64,000 bases of DNA, from NCBI GenBank assembly GCA_964187785.1, contig OZ076421.1, positions 49,414,001-49,478,000 of the forward strand, written 5' to 3'. The translations under genes and the position numbers were made by a program. This document shows, in pieces, positions 21,172-34,899 of this stretch; positions within the stretch are counted from its first letter, which is position 1; every line of letters begins with the position of its first letter. The notes under the pieces are model-generated. The model searched no databases and had not been told where the DNA came from. It worked only from the letters and a program-made list of their open reading frames with translations. This stretch comes from Amphiscolops sp. MND2022 (lineage: Eukaryota).

Positions 21172-24100
21172 GTGCACTTGGTAAAAAAATATTTCGTCGA
21201 TGCCAAATACGAGAACAATTTTTGTTCCGTCATAGTTGTTTTGAGATAACCATTGGCAGATCAGTTCAACCGCGGCGTACTGAGTAGCGGTATTAATGGT
21301 CAAGTGGGCTGAAAATTAGGTTACGCTAGGAAGTCGGATGTGATTTTCGTGTATCTTTTGGGGTAATAAATGTCCCTTTGAAGAGGACAATGGTGAGGTA
21401 TAAGGTCGGGGTTCAGGAAATCCTTTTGTAAGAGTTGGTAGTTTCTTCGCTGGGATAATGCGGGTGATTAGTCGACATGATCATTTGAAGATACCTTGAA
21501 CCTCAGTAAATCGCAACCGACTGTATGCTTTCCATTTAAGAGTCTCACTTCGGTTTTTTTGTTTTACAGATCTGTTTGTTGTTATTGTCATGGCGTTATC
21601 GCCGCAAGAGGGGCCGTCTAAGTCTGAATCTGATGTCGCTGCAATATTAGTAGCTGCAGAGGGTCTGCTTGCAGACATCGAGCAAATTAGCTTTTCTTCC
21701 GTATGAAGTGAGTTATCGGCTGCCGTAGAGGAGGTCCTCGCAGGAGGGGGTTCAACTCCATGTTGTCGCTTTGCAGACATGGTTACTCCGGGCAACGATG
21801 AAGCTGCCAACACGTTATTAGAGATCGCTTTATCCAGTGAATTCCATGAGTACTCGTATTATTTGCTTTTTGTTGTTGTTGTTTTGCAACTTTGTCGTGT
21901 ATACCATCGTGTTCTTGTTTCGGGTATGAGATGCCATTTCTTGCGTCAAGCACGTGAAGGGTTGTTCTTTTTTTATCAGAGCACTCTGAATTATCTTATG
22001 CTAATAGGCTGTAGGAACAATATTGACATGATAGCATTTGCACTTCCCGGGATCTCAATGCTCTGGGTAACTGATGTGGTTGCTAAGATGAAATCGGTTT
22101 TTTGTTGTGTTCAGACTCGTTACCATTGGTAAGGGTTGTACATTTGCTTCGCGCGTTTCCGGCTGCCATCTGTGGTGTTGGTACAAGTGGATCACAAGGG
22201 ATGACTGCGATTGAGAACCGCATCAGTGATTATCTCGCCTATCGATTGGGTAAGTGGTTTTTCATGGTACAATGTAGTCAGACAATCTGGGATCTCCAGA
22301 TGGTATTGGGAATGTATTGTAACTCGCAAGAGGGTGAGTGTAGGGTAGTTGTCGTAGAACAAGGGTTGTTTGAAGGTACTGCTGTTGGTGCGCCCGTAAT
22401 GCGGATTGAACTGGAGACAATACTGCAAAGTACGCTAAAAGAATTATCCGAGACAGCAAAGCAGTACTAGAAGCAAAGTTAGGAGAACTGGGTCCTGCTG
22501 GTGCAAGGTCACTGGAGGAATTTGTGAAGAAAGTGAAGGTAACCATGGGACAACAGGACGATACCACTCGATCAGGTGGGGCTGTGGCAGTGCGAGTTCA
22601 TCCATCAGTGTCTGTGTCGTCTTGTCAAGTGGAGGTTCTGGGTAGTCCAGTTGCCCTGAGTCGTGCTGTATCCACCAGTCGAAGTCAAGTCTCAGATGTG
22701 CCGACTGCTTTTGGTGGTGAGCTGTCCATGGTGTCGAAAGATGGAGGGGCTACCACATCTGCAAAACCTGGTAATAAATCTCAAAAATCATGGCAGGGGT
22801 TTTAGTGGTAATACTTATACTCAAGGCACACGTTAGGGAAACTACAATTTTTTTTGAAAAGCTTGACAAAGGTGACAATAATTTAGTCGTGTAAGATCAT
22901 GTCGTATGTTAATATGAGTGTTCTTTTGTGTTTCAGTTCGAATGAAGAAGGGTGAAGACACTGAAACTTTCGTGTCGGGCGTCGTCGGGACTTTCGTTGG
23001 TTTCCCCCGACAAAAACGAGTTGTCGAAGTTATGCTAGATGTCTTCCCTGCAGAGCCGATTTGAGTATTGCTGGACGCGGTTTGTCGTCGTTAGGGGAGC
23101 ATTGGCGGGCTGTGGAACATAAACGACTTGAGCAAAGGTATCGAATAATGATGCAAATCCCTTTACTCGACAAGGTTTGTCGTCCTGTTAAAGCCGAAGA
23201 AGATAGGCGTATACAGCAAGAAAGAATGACTGAACCACCTGTCTATCTGGAATCAGAACTGAGTGGAGGAGCGTGTCGCAATTGAGGAAGCCGAGGCATC
23301 TTCGGCGGAGAGGCCAACTTTGTCACCAGAGAGTGAATCGTTCTTGTGGTTAGGTAAATTCGTTAGCAGTTTTGTGATCTTGACATCCTTCGGTGCAGTG
23401 ATGAGGATGGTAGAGTCGTGGCGTGACAACATGAGAGCAGAACTACGCGTTGAGTGCCGCTCCGTGAACTGTCCTCGAAGTCAGGTACGTATGGAATTTA
23501 TAGGGATTTTGTATTAACGTGTATGCGTATTTACATGTAGTGGTAGTGCAATTGGTTTTGGAGATCGGTAGTTGGCGGGGGAGGGGTTAGTTTGGGTATT
23601 CAACTATGGTTACTTGTACTTTAAAGTGGTGATGTGGTAGCGTGACCAACATTATGGTATGTGTGTATTTTTACAGAGTTTGATGTTGTACGGTTTGTAC
23701 CGTTTCGTCATGGAACAGCAGGACAGTCTGTTAGTTCGCGGGCAAAGCTTGTGTGCACTTGGTAAAAAAATATTTCGTCGATGCCAAATACGAGAACAAT
23801 TTTTGTTCCGTCATAGTTGTTTTGAGATAACCATTGGCAGATCAGTTCAATCGCGGCGTACTGAGTAGCGGTATTAATGGTCAAGTGGGCTGAAAATTAG
23901 GTTACGCTAGGAAGTCGGATGTGATTTTCGTGTATCTTTTGGGGTAATAAATGTCCCTCTGAAGAGGACAATGGTGAGGTATAAGGTCGGGGTTCAGGAA
24001 ATCCTTTTGTAAGAGTTGGTAGTTTCTTCGCTGGGATAATGCGGGTGATTAGTCGACATGATCATTTGAAGATACCTTGAACCTCAGTAAATCGCAACCG

Positions 24101-26334
24101 ACTGTATGCTTTCCATTTAAGAGTCTCACTTCGGTTTTTTTGTTTTACAGATCTGTTTGTTGTTATTGTCATGGCGTTATCGCCGCAAGAGGGGCCGTCT
24201 AAGTCGGAATCTGATGTCGCTGCAATATTAGTAGCTGCAGAGGGTCTGCTTGCAGACATCGAGCAAATTAGCTTTTCTTCCGTATGAAGTGAGTTATCGG
24301 CTGCCGTAGAGGAGGTCCTCGCAGGAGGGGGTTCAACTCCATGTTGTCGCTTTGCAGACATGGTTACTCCGGGCAACGATGAAGCTGCCAACACGTTATT
24401 AGAGATCGCTTTATCCAGTGAATTCCGTGAGTACTCGTATTATTTGCTTTTTGTTGTTGTTGTTTTGCAACTTTGTCGTGTATACCATCGTGTTCTTGTT
24501 TCGGGTATGAGATGCCATTTCTTGCGTCAAGCACGTGAAGGGTTGTTCTTTTTTTATCAGAGCACTCTGAATTATCATGCTAATAGGCTGTAGGAACAAT
24601 ATTGACATGATAGCATTTGCACTTCCCGGGATCTCAATGCTCTGGGTAACTGATGTGGTTGCTAAGATGAAATCGGTTTTTTGTTGTGTTCAGACTCGTT
24701 ACCATTGGTAAGGGTTGTACATTTGCTTCGCGCGTTTCCGGCTGCCATCTGTGGTGTTGGTACAAGTGGATCACAAGGGATGACTGCGATTGAGAACCGC
24801 ATCAGTGATTATCTCGCCTATCGATTGGGTAAGTGGTTTTTCATGGTACAATGTAGTCAGACAATCTGGGATCTCCAGATGGTATTGGGAATGTATTGTA
24901 ACTCGCAAGAGGGTGAGTGTAGGGTAGTTGTCGTAGAACAAGGGTTGTTTGAAGGTACTGCTGTTGGTGCGCCCGTAATGCGGATTGAACTGGAGACAAT
25001 ACTGCAAAGTACGCTAAAAGAATTATCCGAGACAGCAAAGCAGTACTAGAAGCAAAGTTAGGAGAACTGGGTCCTGCTGGTGCAAGGTCACTGGAGGAAT
25101 TTGTGAAGAAAGTGAAGGTAACCATGGGACAACAGGACGATACCACTCGATCAGGTGGGGCTGTGGCAGTGCGAGTTCATCCATCAGTGTCTGTGTCGTC
25201 TTGTCAAGTGGAGGTTCTGGGTAGTCCAGTTGCCCTGAGTCGTGCTGTATCCACCAGTCGAAGTCAAGTCTCAGATGTGCCGACTGCTTTTGGTGGTGAG
25301 CTGTCCATGGTGTCGAAAGATGGAGGGGCTACCACATCTGCAAAACCTGGTAATAAATCTCAAAAATCATGGCAGGGGTTTTAGTGGTAATACTTATACT
25401 CAAGGCACACGTTAGGGAAACTACAATTTTTTTTGAAAAGCTTGACAAAGGTGACAATAATTTAGTCGTGTAAGATCATGTCGTATGTTAATATGAGTGT
25501 TCTTTTGTGTTTCAGTTCGAATGAAGAAGGGTGAAGACACTGAAACTTTCGTGTCGGGCGTCGTCGGGACTTTCGTTGGTTTCCCCCGACAAAAACGAGT
25601 TGTCGAAGTTATGCTAGATGTCTTCCCTGCAGAGCCGATTTGAGTATTGCTGGACGCGGTTTGTCGTCGTTAGGGGAGCATTGGCGGGCTGTGGAACATA
25701 AACGACTTGAGCAAAGGTATCGAATAATGATGCAAATCCCTTTACTCGACAAGGTTTGTCGTCCTGTTAAAGCCGAAGAAGATAGGCGTATACAGCAAGA
25801 AAGAATGACTGAACCACCTGTCTATCTGGAATCAGAACTGAGTGGAGGAGCGTGTCGCAATTGAGGAAGCCGAGGCATCTTCGGCGGAGAGGCCAACTTT
25901 GTCACCAGAGAGTGAATCGTTCTTGTGGTTAGGTAAATTCGTTAGCAGTTTTGTGATCTTGACATCCTTCGGTGCAGTGATGAGGATGGTAGAGTCGTGG
26001 CGTGACAACATGAGAGCAGAACTACGCGTTGAGTGCCGCTCCGTGAACTGTCCTCGAAGTCAGGTACGTATGGAATTTATAGGGATTTTGTATTAACGTG
26101 TATGCGTATTTACATGTAGTGGTAGTGCAATTGGTTTTGGAGATCGGTAGTTGGCGGGGGAGGGGTTAGTTTGGGTATTCAACTATGGTTACTTGTACTT
26201 TAAAGTGGTGATGTGGTAGCGTGACCAACATTATGGTATGTGTGTATTTTTACAGAGTTTGATGTTGTACGGTTTGTACCGTTTCGTCATGGAACAGCAG
26301 GACAGTCTGTTAGTTCGCGGGCAAAGCTTGTGTG
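21172..26334. repeat. Tandem duplication of ~2580 bp (21172-23752, 23753-26331)
   Basis: Identical ORF sets offset by 2579-2581; about five differences noticed; GTG microhomology at the breakpoints. Confidence 0.97.
21590..23752 (+). pseudogene. Partial duplicate (exons 1-5') of the antisense cargo gene
   Basis: ATG at 21590; first donor mutated (CATGAGT versus CGTGAGT in the other copy); truncated at the duplication junction. Confidence 0.65.
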
Positions 26335-28628
26335 TGACCGTGAGGCGACATGGAGCTGATTGGCTCTGTGAATGTCATGTGGTCGTCGACTGTGCATTCA
26401 AGACGGTTGTGCTGGGTGTGGTGGCTGATGGACCTGGGTGGGAAACTCGAATGATTGCCAATGTTGTTGCAGTGTTACTGAGCTTACAGCACGCTACTAA
26501 TGTCAAGATGTACCGTACAGAATCCGAGATGTGTATAGGATACGCATTTGCTGCATCAATTGGAGTGACGGATCCGTTAGTCGTGGGTGGTGTTGGCCAA
26601 GTGGGGTTGGTGGATCTGGTACGGAAGTTTGATGGCAAAGTTTGGTGGCCTAGATCCGCTCAGTGTGCTTGACTATCTACGTGTACGTTTAGCCTCTGTG
26701 GTCCAGGAAGTCTTTTTGGATCGTTTACCGAAACTGCGGCGAGCAAGTATTCTTGTGTACTGCTTTTTTTGTTTTTTAAATGATGTGATGGCTAAGGCTT
26801 CTTTTTGTTTTTTTGTATCTTTTCACTGTGTCATGATGTCGGAGGATTGCAGAATTCAGGTCAACCAGCTTTCTGTTGATGTTTCAGTTTATTCGATTTG
26901 GTGGCAATGATGTGGCTTTGCTGGGGTCATTGTTTGCTGAAGTCGTCGACTATTGGAATGATCTAGCTGTATACTTCGGTACGCGTCGCCCTAATGTGAC
27001 TTCGGAGTTGCGTTTGGTGACTTCACTAGAAGGACAATTGTTCGACGATGCTATGATGCGTCCTCGTTTTGCTGTTTTGTGACTAATCTTAGATTTGCGT
27101 TGTTGGTATTGCTTGTTTAACATAAGTTGCATTTTTTTGTTTTTTTTTGTAGGGGGGGTTGTTCAGGTGTTGGCGCAATTGAAATTTCTGATAGTTACAG
27201 TCTAATTGTGGGAGAGGGGGGGGGGCTAAATTTTTATTACTTGTGCGTGTCTAATGTTCTGTTTACAGTTGTCACGACGTGTCCAATTCTATGTAGAGGT
27301 GGGAGAGATAGCAATGTTTCATCAGAGCGTGAACTGTCGCAGTTCATCCGGAAGTTGATGCGCTTTGTGTGTCCTTCGTCGGTTATTCCCGCTGAATACG
27401 AGGTCAAATTTCTACTGAAACCTGTGGATCATGAGTACGTGTTCATGGATGAGAATCTGTACAAGCTTCATTCCGGCCAGTACTTCAGATACGATGTGCG
27501 GACGCAGTTGCCGTTTTTCTATCGGTCTGTGCAAAAGTTATTGGGTGTGGTTTGTCGTAAGCTATCAAGCACGTGGCAGCGAGGAACTATTGGACATCTT
27601 AGTTTGATACCTTTCGACCTGGAGTTAGTTCATCTCGGATTCGACGATCGCTGCATAAATGCCTTAGTTGGGGCTTGTACTACTCATTCGCGGTTCCATC
27701 TAATGGATGATAGTACTTCGACAGTTTTGCTCAGGCAGTATCGAGAGGTAGCACAACTTTTCCAGAAGAAATGTTCGTTGACCGACTTGCCACCCGCAGT
27801 TGATGATGTAATCTCATTGTGGCTCTCCTATCCCTTTTGGTCTCGTTGTCAAGAACTTTTGGCTGTTTTCAAGGTCCTTTTTGGGCTAAGTGTCGTCGGG
27901 TCTTATGTACCAGATTTCGTCGACGAAGTAGATGTTGCAATGCCTAAAGATACACTACGTTCCATTTTACATCTTGTTCGAATTTGCTGCGCAATTTCTA
28001 CTCGCGCCACACCCGTCAGACTATTACCGGCTCAATACGAGTTTGTGATACCAGTGATATGCAAGTGTCCCGTCTTTCTAATGATGCGAGGTCGAGACCC
28101 TGGGACTCATTGCTCAAGTCGGGGTCAGGAGAGGCGCTGTCGTCGGGTAATGCAGTGTTGACGAATGATCTTGTTACCTTACTGACTGTACCATTTGATG
28201 ACTATCGCTCAAATGTGTTGGCACAACTAAACTTAGTAGAAGTCATGAGTCCGCCACGGGCCGGGTGGCGCAGTAGTCCTATTGCATTGAGTGCGTCAGT
28301 TTCTAAGAAGAGTGCTCGACGAAATAGCGACGTTGCTACTTCTGCTAAACGTTCCGTTACGGTGCAAACTGGTCCTGGAGGCCGCAAATCTGTCCCTAAA
28401 GGTGTCCGAGTGAGTGATGCACCTTCATCAAGTCGTGGAACTGCTGCTACGCGTCAGTCTAGTGGGTGCCGTAACGGTGGAGTACCGAAAGAAAAAAAGA
28501 ACTTGAAGCTCGCTAGTGTCGCCGGTTCTGATGAATATTTGGATGGGGAAGAATTAGTGTTGAAAGGGAAAAACGGCATAGTCTTTTTGAATTGGAGTCG
28601 TATGAGGAAAGCAACTGAATGTAGATAA
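24171..28628 (+). pseudogene. Multi-exon gene antisense to gag-pol; degenerate hAT-transposase-like, roughly 1100 aa; disabled in this copy
   Basis: Exons 24171-24426, 24694-24828, 24937-25349, 25516-25932, 26256-26746, 26853-about 27100, 27269-28628. GT-AG introns with donors GTGAGT, GTAAGT, GTAATA, GTAAAT, GTATTC, all phase 1 and frame-consistent (exon 6 donor unresolved); in-frame stops and frameshifts present. Colinear hAT-like motifs by eye. Confidence 0.65.
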
Positions 28629-30668
28629 GACTAATGTTTTTGGAGACATTTTAGAACTGCTGTTTTTTGTTTTCACGCTAAACTGATTTACATGTATTTT
28701 TTCTGGTTGATTTTTGGTCGATGTAATTTTGTTGTTTTGATGTTAAACTTTGAATTACATGTTGAGTGATGATTTGCTGGTTTGCTTTGCCTGTAATTAC
28801 TTCTTCGTTTGTTGGCTGAGAGGCCTTCTTGTACATGTTTTCATGTGAATTTACATGTTGCCTACGTTATATTAATTTTTTGGCCCATTTTGCATGTAAC
28901 CTTTGTTAGCTGGTTTCGAAATGTTAGAGCAGTAGGCTCAGCTGTTGTAAGTCTTTCTGTTCTAGTAGAGTAGTTGCTTGCGCGACTACCATTTGAAAGC
29001 TCTCACCAATCAAGCACCATCTTCTGTTATACGTTTTTCATGATAATCGCTCACATGTAGAGATGGAACTTGGTTGGTGGGTGGAGCCGTTCTGCTCCTA
29101 TAGATGATTTGAAGATATAGAGCGTTTGCTTTTATACTCCGCTAGTTGGTGGTTCGACAGGTGTTTACTAACTAAGTGTCACTTTAGTTGTCAATCAGTT
29201 TGTGTTTTTGCATGTGAACGCTGTAAACTAAATGTCATTTTTGACGTCGTCATCGAAGATGTGTGTCTCATGACGTCATCACTCAAGACGTGTGTCAAAT
29301 TTCAACATTCGATCAACGTGAAAGGGGTTGCCCCCATGTCCATTGAGCTTATTGGCAAGGGGTGGTGTAACCCATCCCTTGTTTTTTTAATACATTCACG
29401 TGGTAAGTGTGTCTACATGTGTTTTACTGCCTTGCTCTTTCTGACGCGAGGCGGAGCCTACGAATCACCAGTAAGAACAACATCGTTACGACTTAAGCGT
29501 CAAGTAGTGGTGACGACTGCATGTAACTGTCCTAAGAAGAAGGTTTTCTATCGTTTCATGGGGAAAGGTTATTTGCCGTCGCAGAAACTCGTGCAAAACT
29601 AACACCGAATCCACTTGCTAAAGAGCAAGCTTCATCTGAATATGTACTACCAACCACACAGACACGTTTTTGATGACGCACCCACATAGCCGACACTATT
29701 GCTTTTTAGGCGGAAATTGTGGGACTAGGTTATGTTGGCATAACCTAAACGAGTCAGCTAAGTCCTCTTCATTCTTGACTGAGAGTCGTTACGTTTGTAA
29801 GATAGACTTAACCTTTTGGATAATTACTGGTAGTGACAGAATTGCAAAGCAATTCCTTTGAAGGTGTGTGGTTGGAACTTCTCGTGAATTGCATAAATTA
29901 GCAATTCGGTTACATGTGAGTTACATGTACTTAGTAACGTCCGGTTAGAGTGATGTGGTGTATATGACTGCATTACATGTATTTACTTTCACGCTCAACT
30001 GTGTCGGTAGAGAGTAATAATTTTACTCTGCCGGTAAAACTCAAGTATGCAGGACAGTGAGCATCAGTCGTCACTGAAGTGGCGTAAAGTTAAGAAAGTA
30101 ATTTGATGATATGATGGTTGCATGTGGTGATGTAGACTACATTCCATTGGACGTGTACGTGAAAGTTTTGAAAAGTTCTCGAAGGTTTGCAGATTTTCGT
30201 TGCATGAATTTTAGTGAAGCAGGTTTCGCTTGTAGTTCATAAACAAGGAAGTCATCAAATGTTTTGGGTGCTGGTGCTTCTCAAAGGTTGTATCGGGTAA
30301 TGTTTTTGCGTGTGGTAGGTGCGGACGATCCGGCAGTTGATGTGGTCGATGCCTCAGCATCATTTGTCGGGAGTTGTTGTTAAGACGAATGGGGTTGGTG
30401 TTAATATTGTTGATTGATCAGTGTGGTTTTCAGTTTCAGCTCGATGGGCATTTTCAGTGTAAGCAGTTTCCGGAAGCGGACTCGGTAAAGGTGGTATTTC
30501 ATGAACTTCTCTGTTCTCTTAGTGAATTGTTCCGTGTTCAGTGTCAACGACTTCGGGCTCGTTTGCGTCGATTTCGGATGTGTTTCCAGCCGGTGGTAAT
30601 GGATCGGGTGCTGGCAGATTTTCGTTGAATACTGACTGATCGTCAATTGCGTCAGGGTCGCTGTAATG

Positions 30669-32093
30669 TCAACTTGCGTCGTCATTCACATCTTCACTGG
30701 GGTCGTGTGGTATAAATGGGCGGAGCCGCATTCTATGTACACACTGTGTTTTGAAAGTCCCGCTTCTTCTAATAATGTAGTTTGACTGTGACAAAACCTT
30801 AACTACTTTGTAAGGACCTTCCCATTTGAAAGAATCAAAGGGGATCGTTTCTGATTGCGCACTAATTTTAAGATTTAGTAAGAAGACAAAGTCGATTACT
30901 TTCACTGGTGACGCTTGTGCTTTCCGATCGTAGTACGCTTTGGACTTGTGGAAGGCTCGGATTATGTTCGTGTGCGTTTCTTTGAATTTTGAATTCAAGT
31001 TGTCCACAAGGGACTCAGTGTCAGTGGTGTTCCTCGGGGGACTTAGAGTATTACCGAATTTCATATCAAGCGCGTTGTATGGCACGCGCCCATGAAAGAC
31101 TTCTGCCGGTGAACATTTCAGTGTCTGGTGGTAAGTTGTATTGTGAGCCATTACAGCTAGGTTGACGCACAGGTCCCACTGAGGGCGGTCCGCGGAATCA
31201 TTGATTTTCAGAATCTGTTCCAGGCGTTGATGCGACCTTTCGATCATCCTAATTAGTTGGGCATGTTTGATTGTCGCGTGGGAGACTTTAATACCGGCTT
31301 TGTCCATCAGTTCTTTCATGACTTGCGATGTAAAAGCTGAACCTTTGTCTGTGATGATGTGTTTCGGCACATATGCGTGTTTTGTGAATATGTCTAGCAG
31401 TGCATCAACTACAAATTCGGTATCAGGTTTTCGGATCGGGATGGCAAACAGATATCGCGAAAAATAATCGCGTGCAGTCAGAATGTGTGAGTACCCTTTA
31501 GATCGCGGTAACTCACCGACTAGATCGATTTCTAGGACGTCTTCTGGACCGTTGCAGTGGTCATAGATTGGTTCAAGTGGTGGTGTCACTGGGCTAGGTT
31601 TTACAGGTTTTGCCTTAATACAGTCTTGGCAATTGTTAACAAACTTTTGAACTTTTTCAGCTACGTTCGGGAAGTGGTACCCTTTCCTGAGTTCACCTAA
31701 TATTTTTGAAGCTCCAGTGTGTCCCTGCATTGGGTCGCCATGCATCGTCCTGATTATGGCTTCCGTAGTTTCTGGAGGAACTACAATTTGTCGGTAAGCT
31801 AAGTTTCCTACGTTGTCAAAAAACTGCCTGTACAACACGTTGTTCACTACTTCAAGTCGTTCACGGATTTTGAAGAGTTTTTTTAAAAAGGTGTTGGCAA
31901 AGTTCACTTGGTTCGGGGGGTGGGGGGGAGTTTCTTGCACAGTAAGGATCCTTATTACACATTGGACATCACTGTTTTCTCCTTGAGCCTCAACGATCTC
32001 TGAAGTCCCCGAAGGGCATACCTGATTTACCGTGTGAACCTGGCTCCGTTGGTAGAATTGGGTGAAGAAAAAGGTTGGGTCAGAGGGCGTCAC
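30669..32093 (-). pseudogene. pol: Element A integrase
   Basis: HHCC (H...GH...CQDC), D (LEIDLVG), D (ITDKG), E (IERSH), GPY module (WEGPYKV). Confidence 0.95.
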
Positions 32094-33800
32094 AAACGGT
32101 TACACCTGGGTCTTGATATCGTCATTGCGTCTATTGTACTGTTCCTCGTCTTCGTGACACCATCGAGGAAGTATCGCCAAGAGTGATTGCATCGTCGCGT
32201 TTGTGATGTTATTGCATCAGGCACATTCGTTTCGTCGGGTATGTATTCTTCTTCGTCATCATCCTGCCCAGGCGTTTTCGAGGCCAGATACATTTCGACT
32301 TTGAAGACTGGTATTTCGTCATGAAGTTTGAGGTGGATTCTGTCCTTCGGGTTGATGTTGAGTCTGGACCGGTAATCAGCAGCTGGGTTTTCAACGACAG
32401 GTACATCGGCCAGGACAAAGTTGAATTGGAGGGCCTGGTCACAGTAGTTCCACAGTTTCGGCGGTAATCGTTTGGACTGAAAAAATCTTGTGAGTGATTT
32501 GTTATCAGTCATGACGATCGTTGGTTTCTTCACTCCCCACAAGATATGGGCGAACTCGTCGAAGGCGAAGTGCATCGCTAGGAACTCCTTTGCGTACATC
32601 GTGAGTGACATCTGGCCCTCAGTAAAGCGTTGCGATTCAAAGGCTCCTGGTGCATTTGACTTCGTTGGACCATCATTAGTCTCAGTATAATCCACGATAG
32701 GAGAACGTATCCAGCTGCTTGCTCACTAGCATCGCACATGATTGCTAGCTGTTTGTCCGGAAGTGGTAGTCTCAGGGACATCTTAGCTGCATTTGAAAGG
32801 TTCTCATTGATGTCGAACATTGCATATTTATGGACTTGTATTAACTCAAATTTGACATATTTCTGCAACAGTTTGTAGAGTGGTACGAGTTTTTCGGCTA
32901 AGCATGGGATGTATTGGCGGTAGAATTGGACGAATCCAATGTATTGTTGTAGAAACATCATAGACGTTGATAACTTGATGTTTTTCAACAATTTGTCGAT
33001 TTTTTCTTCAATGGGTGCAACTGTTTTGGAGGTGATGCTTCGTCCCAGGAACTCTTTTTCGCGTTGTCCGAAAGCGCATTTAGCCATAGACAATTTCAGG
33101 CCATCTTGTCTGATCTTGATGAAAACAGACTCAAAGTTATCGACAAGCTTTTCGACATTGTTGGCTGCAATGCCGATGTCGTCAACATATTGAGCGCATT
33201 TGTCAGCATTTACCAAGGGGTCCAAGTACTCTCGAACATTACTGTTGAAGGCTGATAGTGATCGGTTCAGTCCTTGGGCTAATCTGAGGTAGGTGAACGC
33301 TTGCGAACAGTCCAGTTTGCAGAAGTATCGTTTTCCTGCCATGTGCTGCGCTGCATCGGCCATCGTCGTCACTTGGTGGTTGTGTTGATTGTAGTCACTC
33401 CTCAGTAAATGATTGATTCGTCTGAGGTTGACAAGGATTCTAAGCTTCCCATTCGGCTTGCGTTGGGCGAAGATGGGCGATGAGTACTTTCTGTACGGCA
33501 ACGTTGTGATTTTGCCGTACTCCTGCATCAACGCCAGTTCAACCAGCAGATCATCTTTCAGTTTTGTTGGTGTGGGCAAGCTTTGTGCATAGACTGGTTC
33601 GTCATGTTTGGGAGTCAACTTTATCTTGAACTCAGTGTTGATCCCTAAGTCCAATCTATGCCTGGCGGAGATGTCATGGTACTTGACCAATAGAGCCTCA
33701 TTTTTCTGCTTCTCGTGAGGGTTCAGTATTGATTGTTCCCACTGAAGTTCGCCAGGATTTCGTGTCGTTGTTCTTCACTTGCTGTTGGGCCCTCCCCTTC
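32090..33800 (-). pseudogene. pol: Element A reverse transcriptase and RNase H (frameshifted)
   Basis: YSSPIFAQRKPNGKLRIL, KLDCSQAF, QYVDD, FLG, IMCDASE, KEFLAM...TDNKSL; internal deletion after KLDCSQAF. Confidence 0.95.
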
Positions 33801-33801
33801 C

Positions 33802-34878
33802 CTAAAATTTGACCATCTCATCATAGATGCGTTTTCCGATCTTGTTTAGTTTTGACGGGTCGTCGAATGTCTCAGGGGTAGGGTACCATCGTCTATCTGA
33901 CTTTGCAGTTGGATCCTGGAAGATTTGATTCAAGACTGTTTCGGCATCATCTGGGTACTGTGAGATCAGGTTTAGTTGTTGACTGGTCATCGGCTGGAGG
34001 TTGTGGGCTTGCTTTGGTGTCATTATTTTGAATGATGCTACGGCTGTACCCACATTGATGGTAATCTGGTAGTCGAGCGAATTTGTGACCTGGACGTGCG
34101 TCCGACCCTCCTGGGTCTCGCTAATAGTCGGAGATACCAATAGGTGTGAGCGTCTTTCAAGGGCTGGTAATCCTTCAACAGTGCCAGTGATGTTACCTAG
34201 GTCGCGTTCAATTACCACTGGGACAAACACTTGTTTGTTGGGTTGGATCACAACCTTCTGGGTTGTCTTCAATTCGAGTAGTTTGTTTTTGAATTTCCCG
34301 TTGACTGATCGTAGTTGGAGGGTGATGTCCGGGAGTTTGACAATGTTGTTATCTAAGTCTATGTAAACAAAGATTTTTTGAAGAAAGACATTCCATTGAG
34401 TACGTTCCCCACAGTCGGGAACCATGAATGTTTCTTCGAAGACATTTCCACCAATAAAGAAGCGTAGCAGGACTTGTTTCCTCACTGGGACTATGTTCCC
34501 TTTGGCTATTTGGACTTCGAACTCTGGGGCTGGGAGTTCTTGGAGAAGGGCTGCTGGGTGTGCTGAGAGGATGCGACGAAGTTCTGCTTCTGATAGTGCA
34601 CTTTGAATTGCACCCGTATCGAGAACACCAAAGTTTTCGTATGCCCGAAATTGAAGAAGCATATACAACATCTTGTCCTTTTTGTTAAGTTGTAAGGTGG
34701 CACTCAGCTGGCTGATTTTGTATTTTAGTTTCTTTGGCAGATTGTTTGGTTTTGGAGGGGAGGGTTGTTCATCATCATTCGGCAACTCAGGTATCGCGTT
34801 GTCCTGACGTACTGGTTCTATGTTGGTGACTTCAGGTCTCCGTTTCAGGTCTTTCGTTTTGATGGTGTAGTTGTCCAC
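33802..34878 (-). pseudogene. pol: Element A aspartic protease plus spacer
   Basis: VLDTGAIQS catalytic motif; downstream beta-rich spacer typical of Gypsy pol. Confidence 0.9.
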
Positions 34879-34899
34879 CGAGTGTCTCGTGATGACAAA

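Noticed and set aside
29126-29602. 158-aa ORF as a further cargo gene
   Set aside because: TTG start, Cys/Val-rich composition expected from the GT-rich strand, no splice or motif support.
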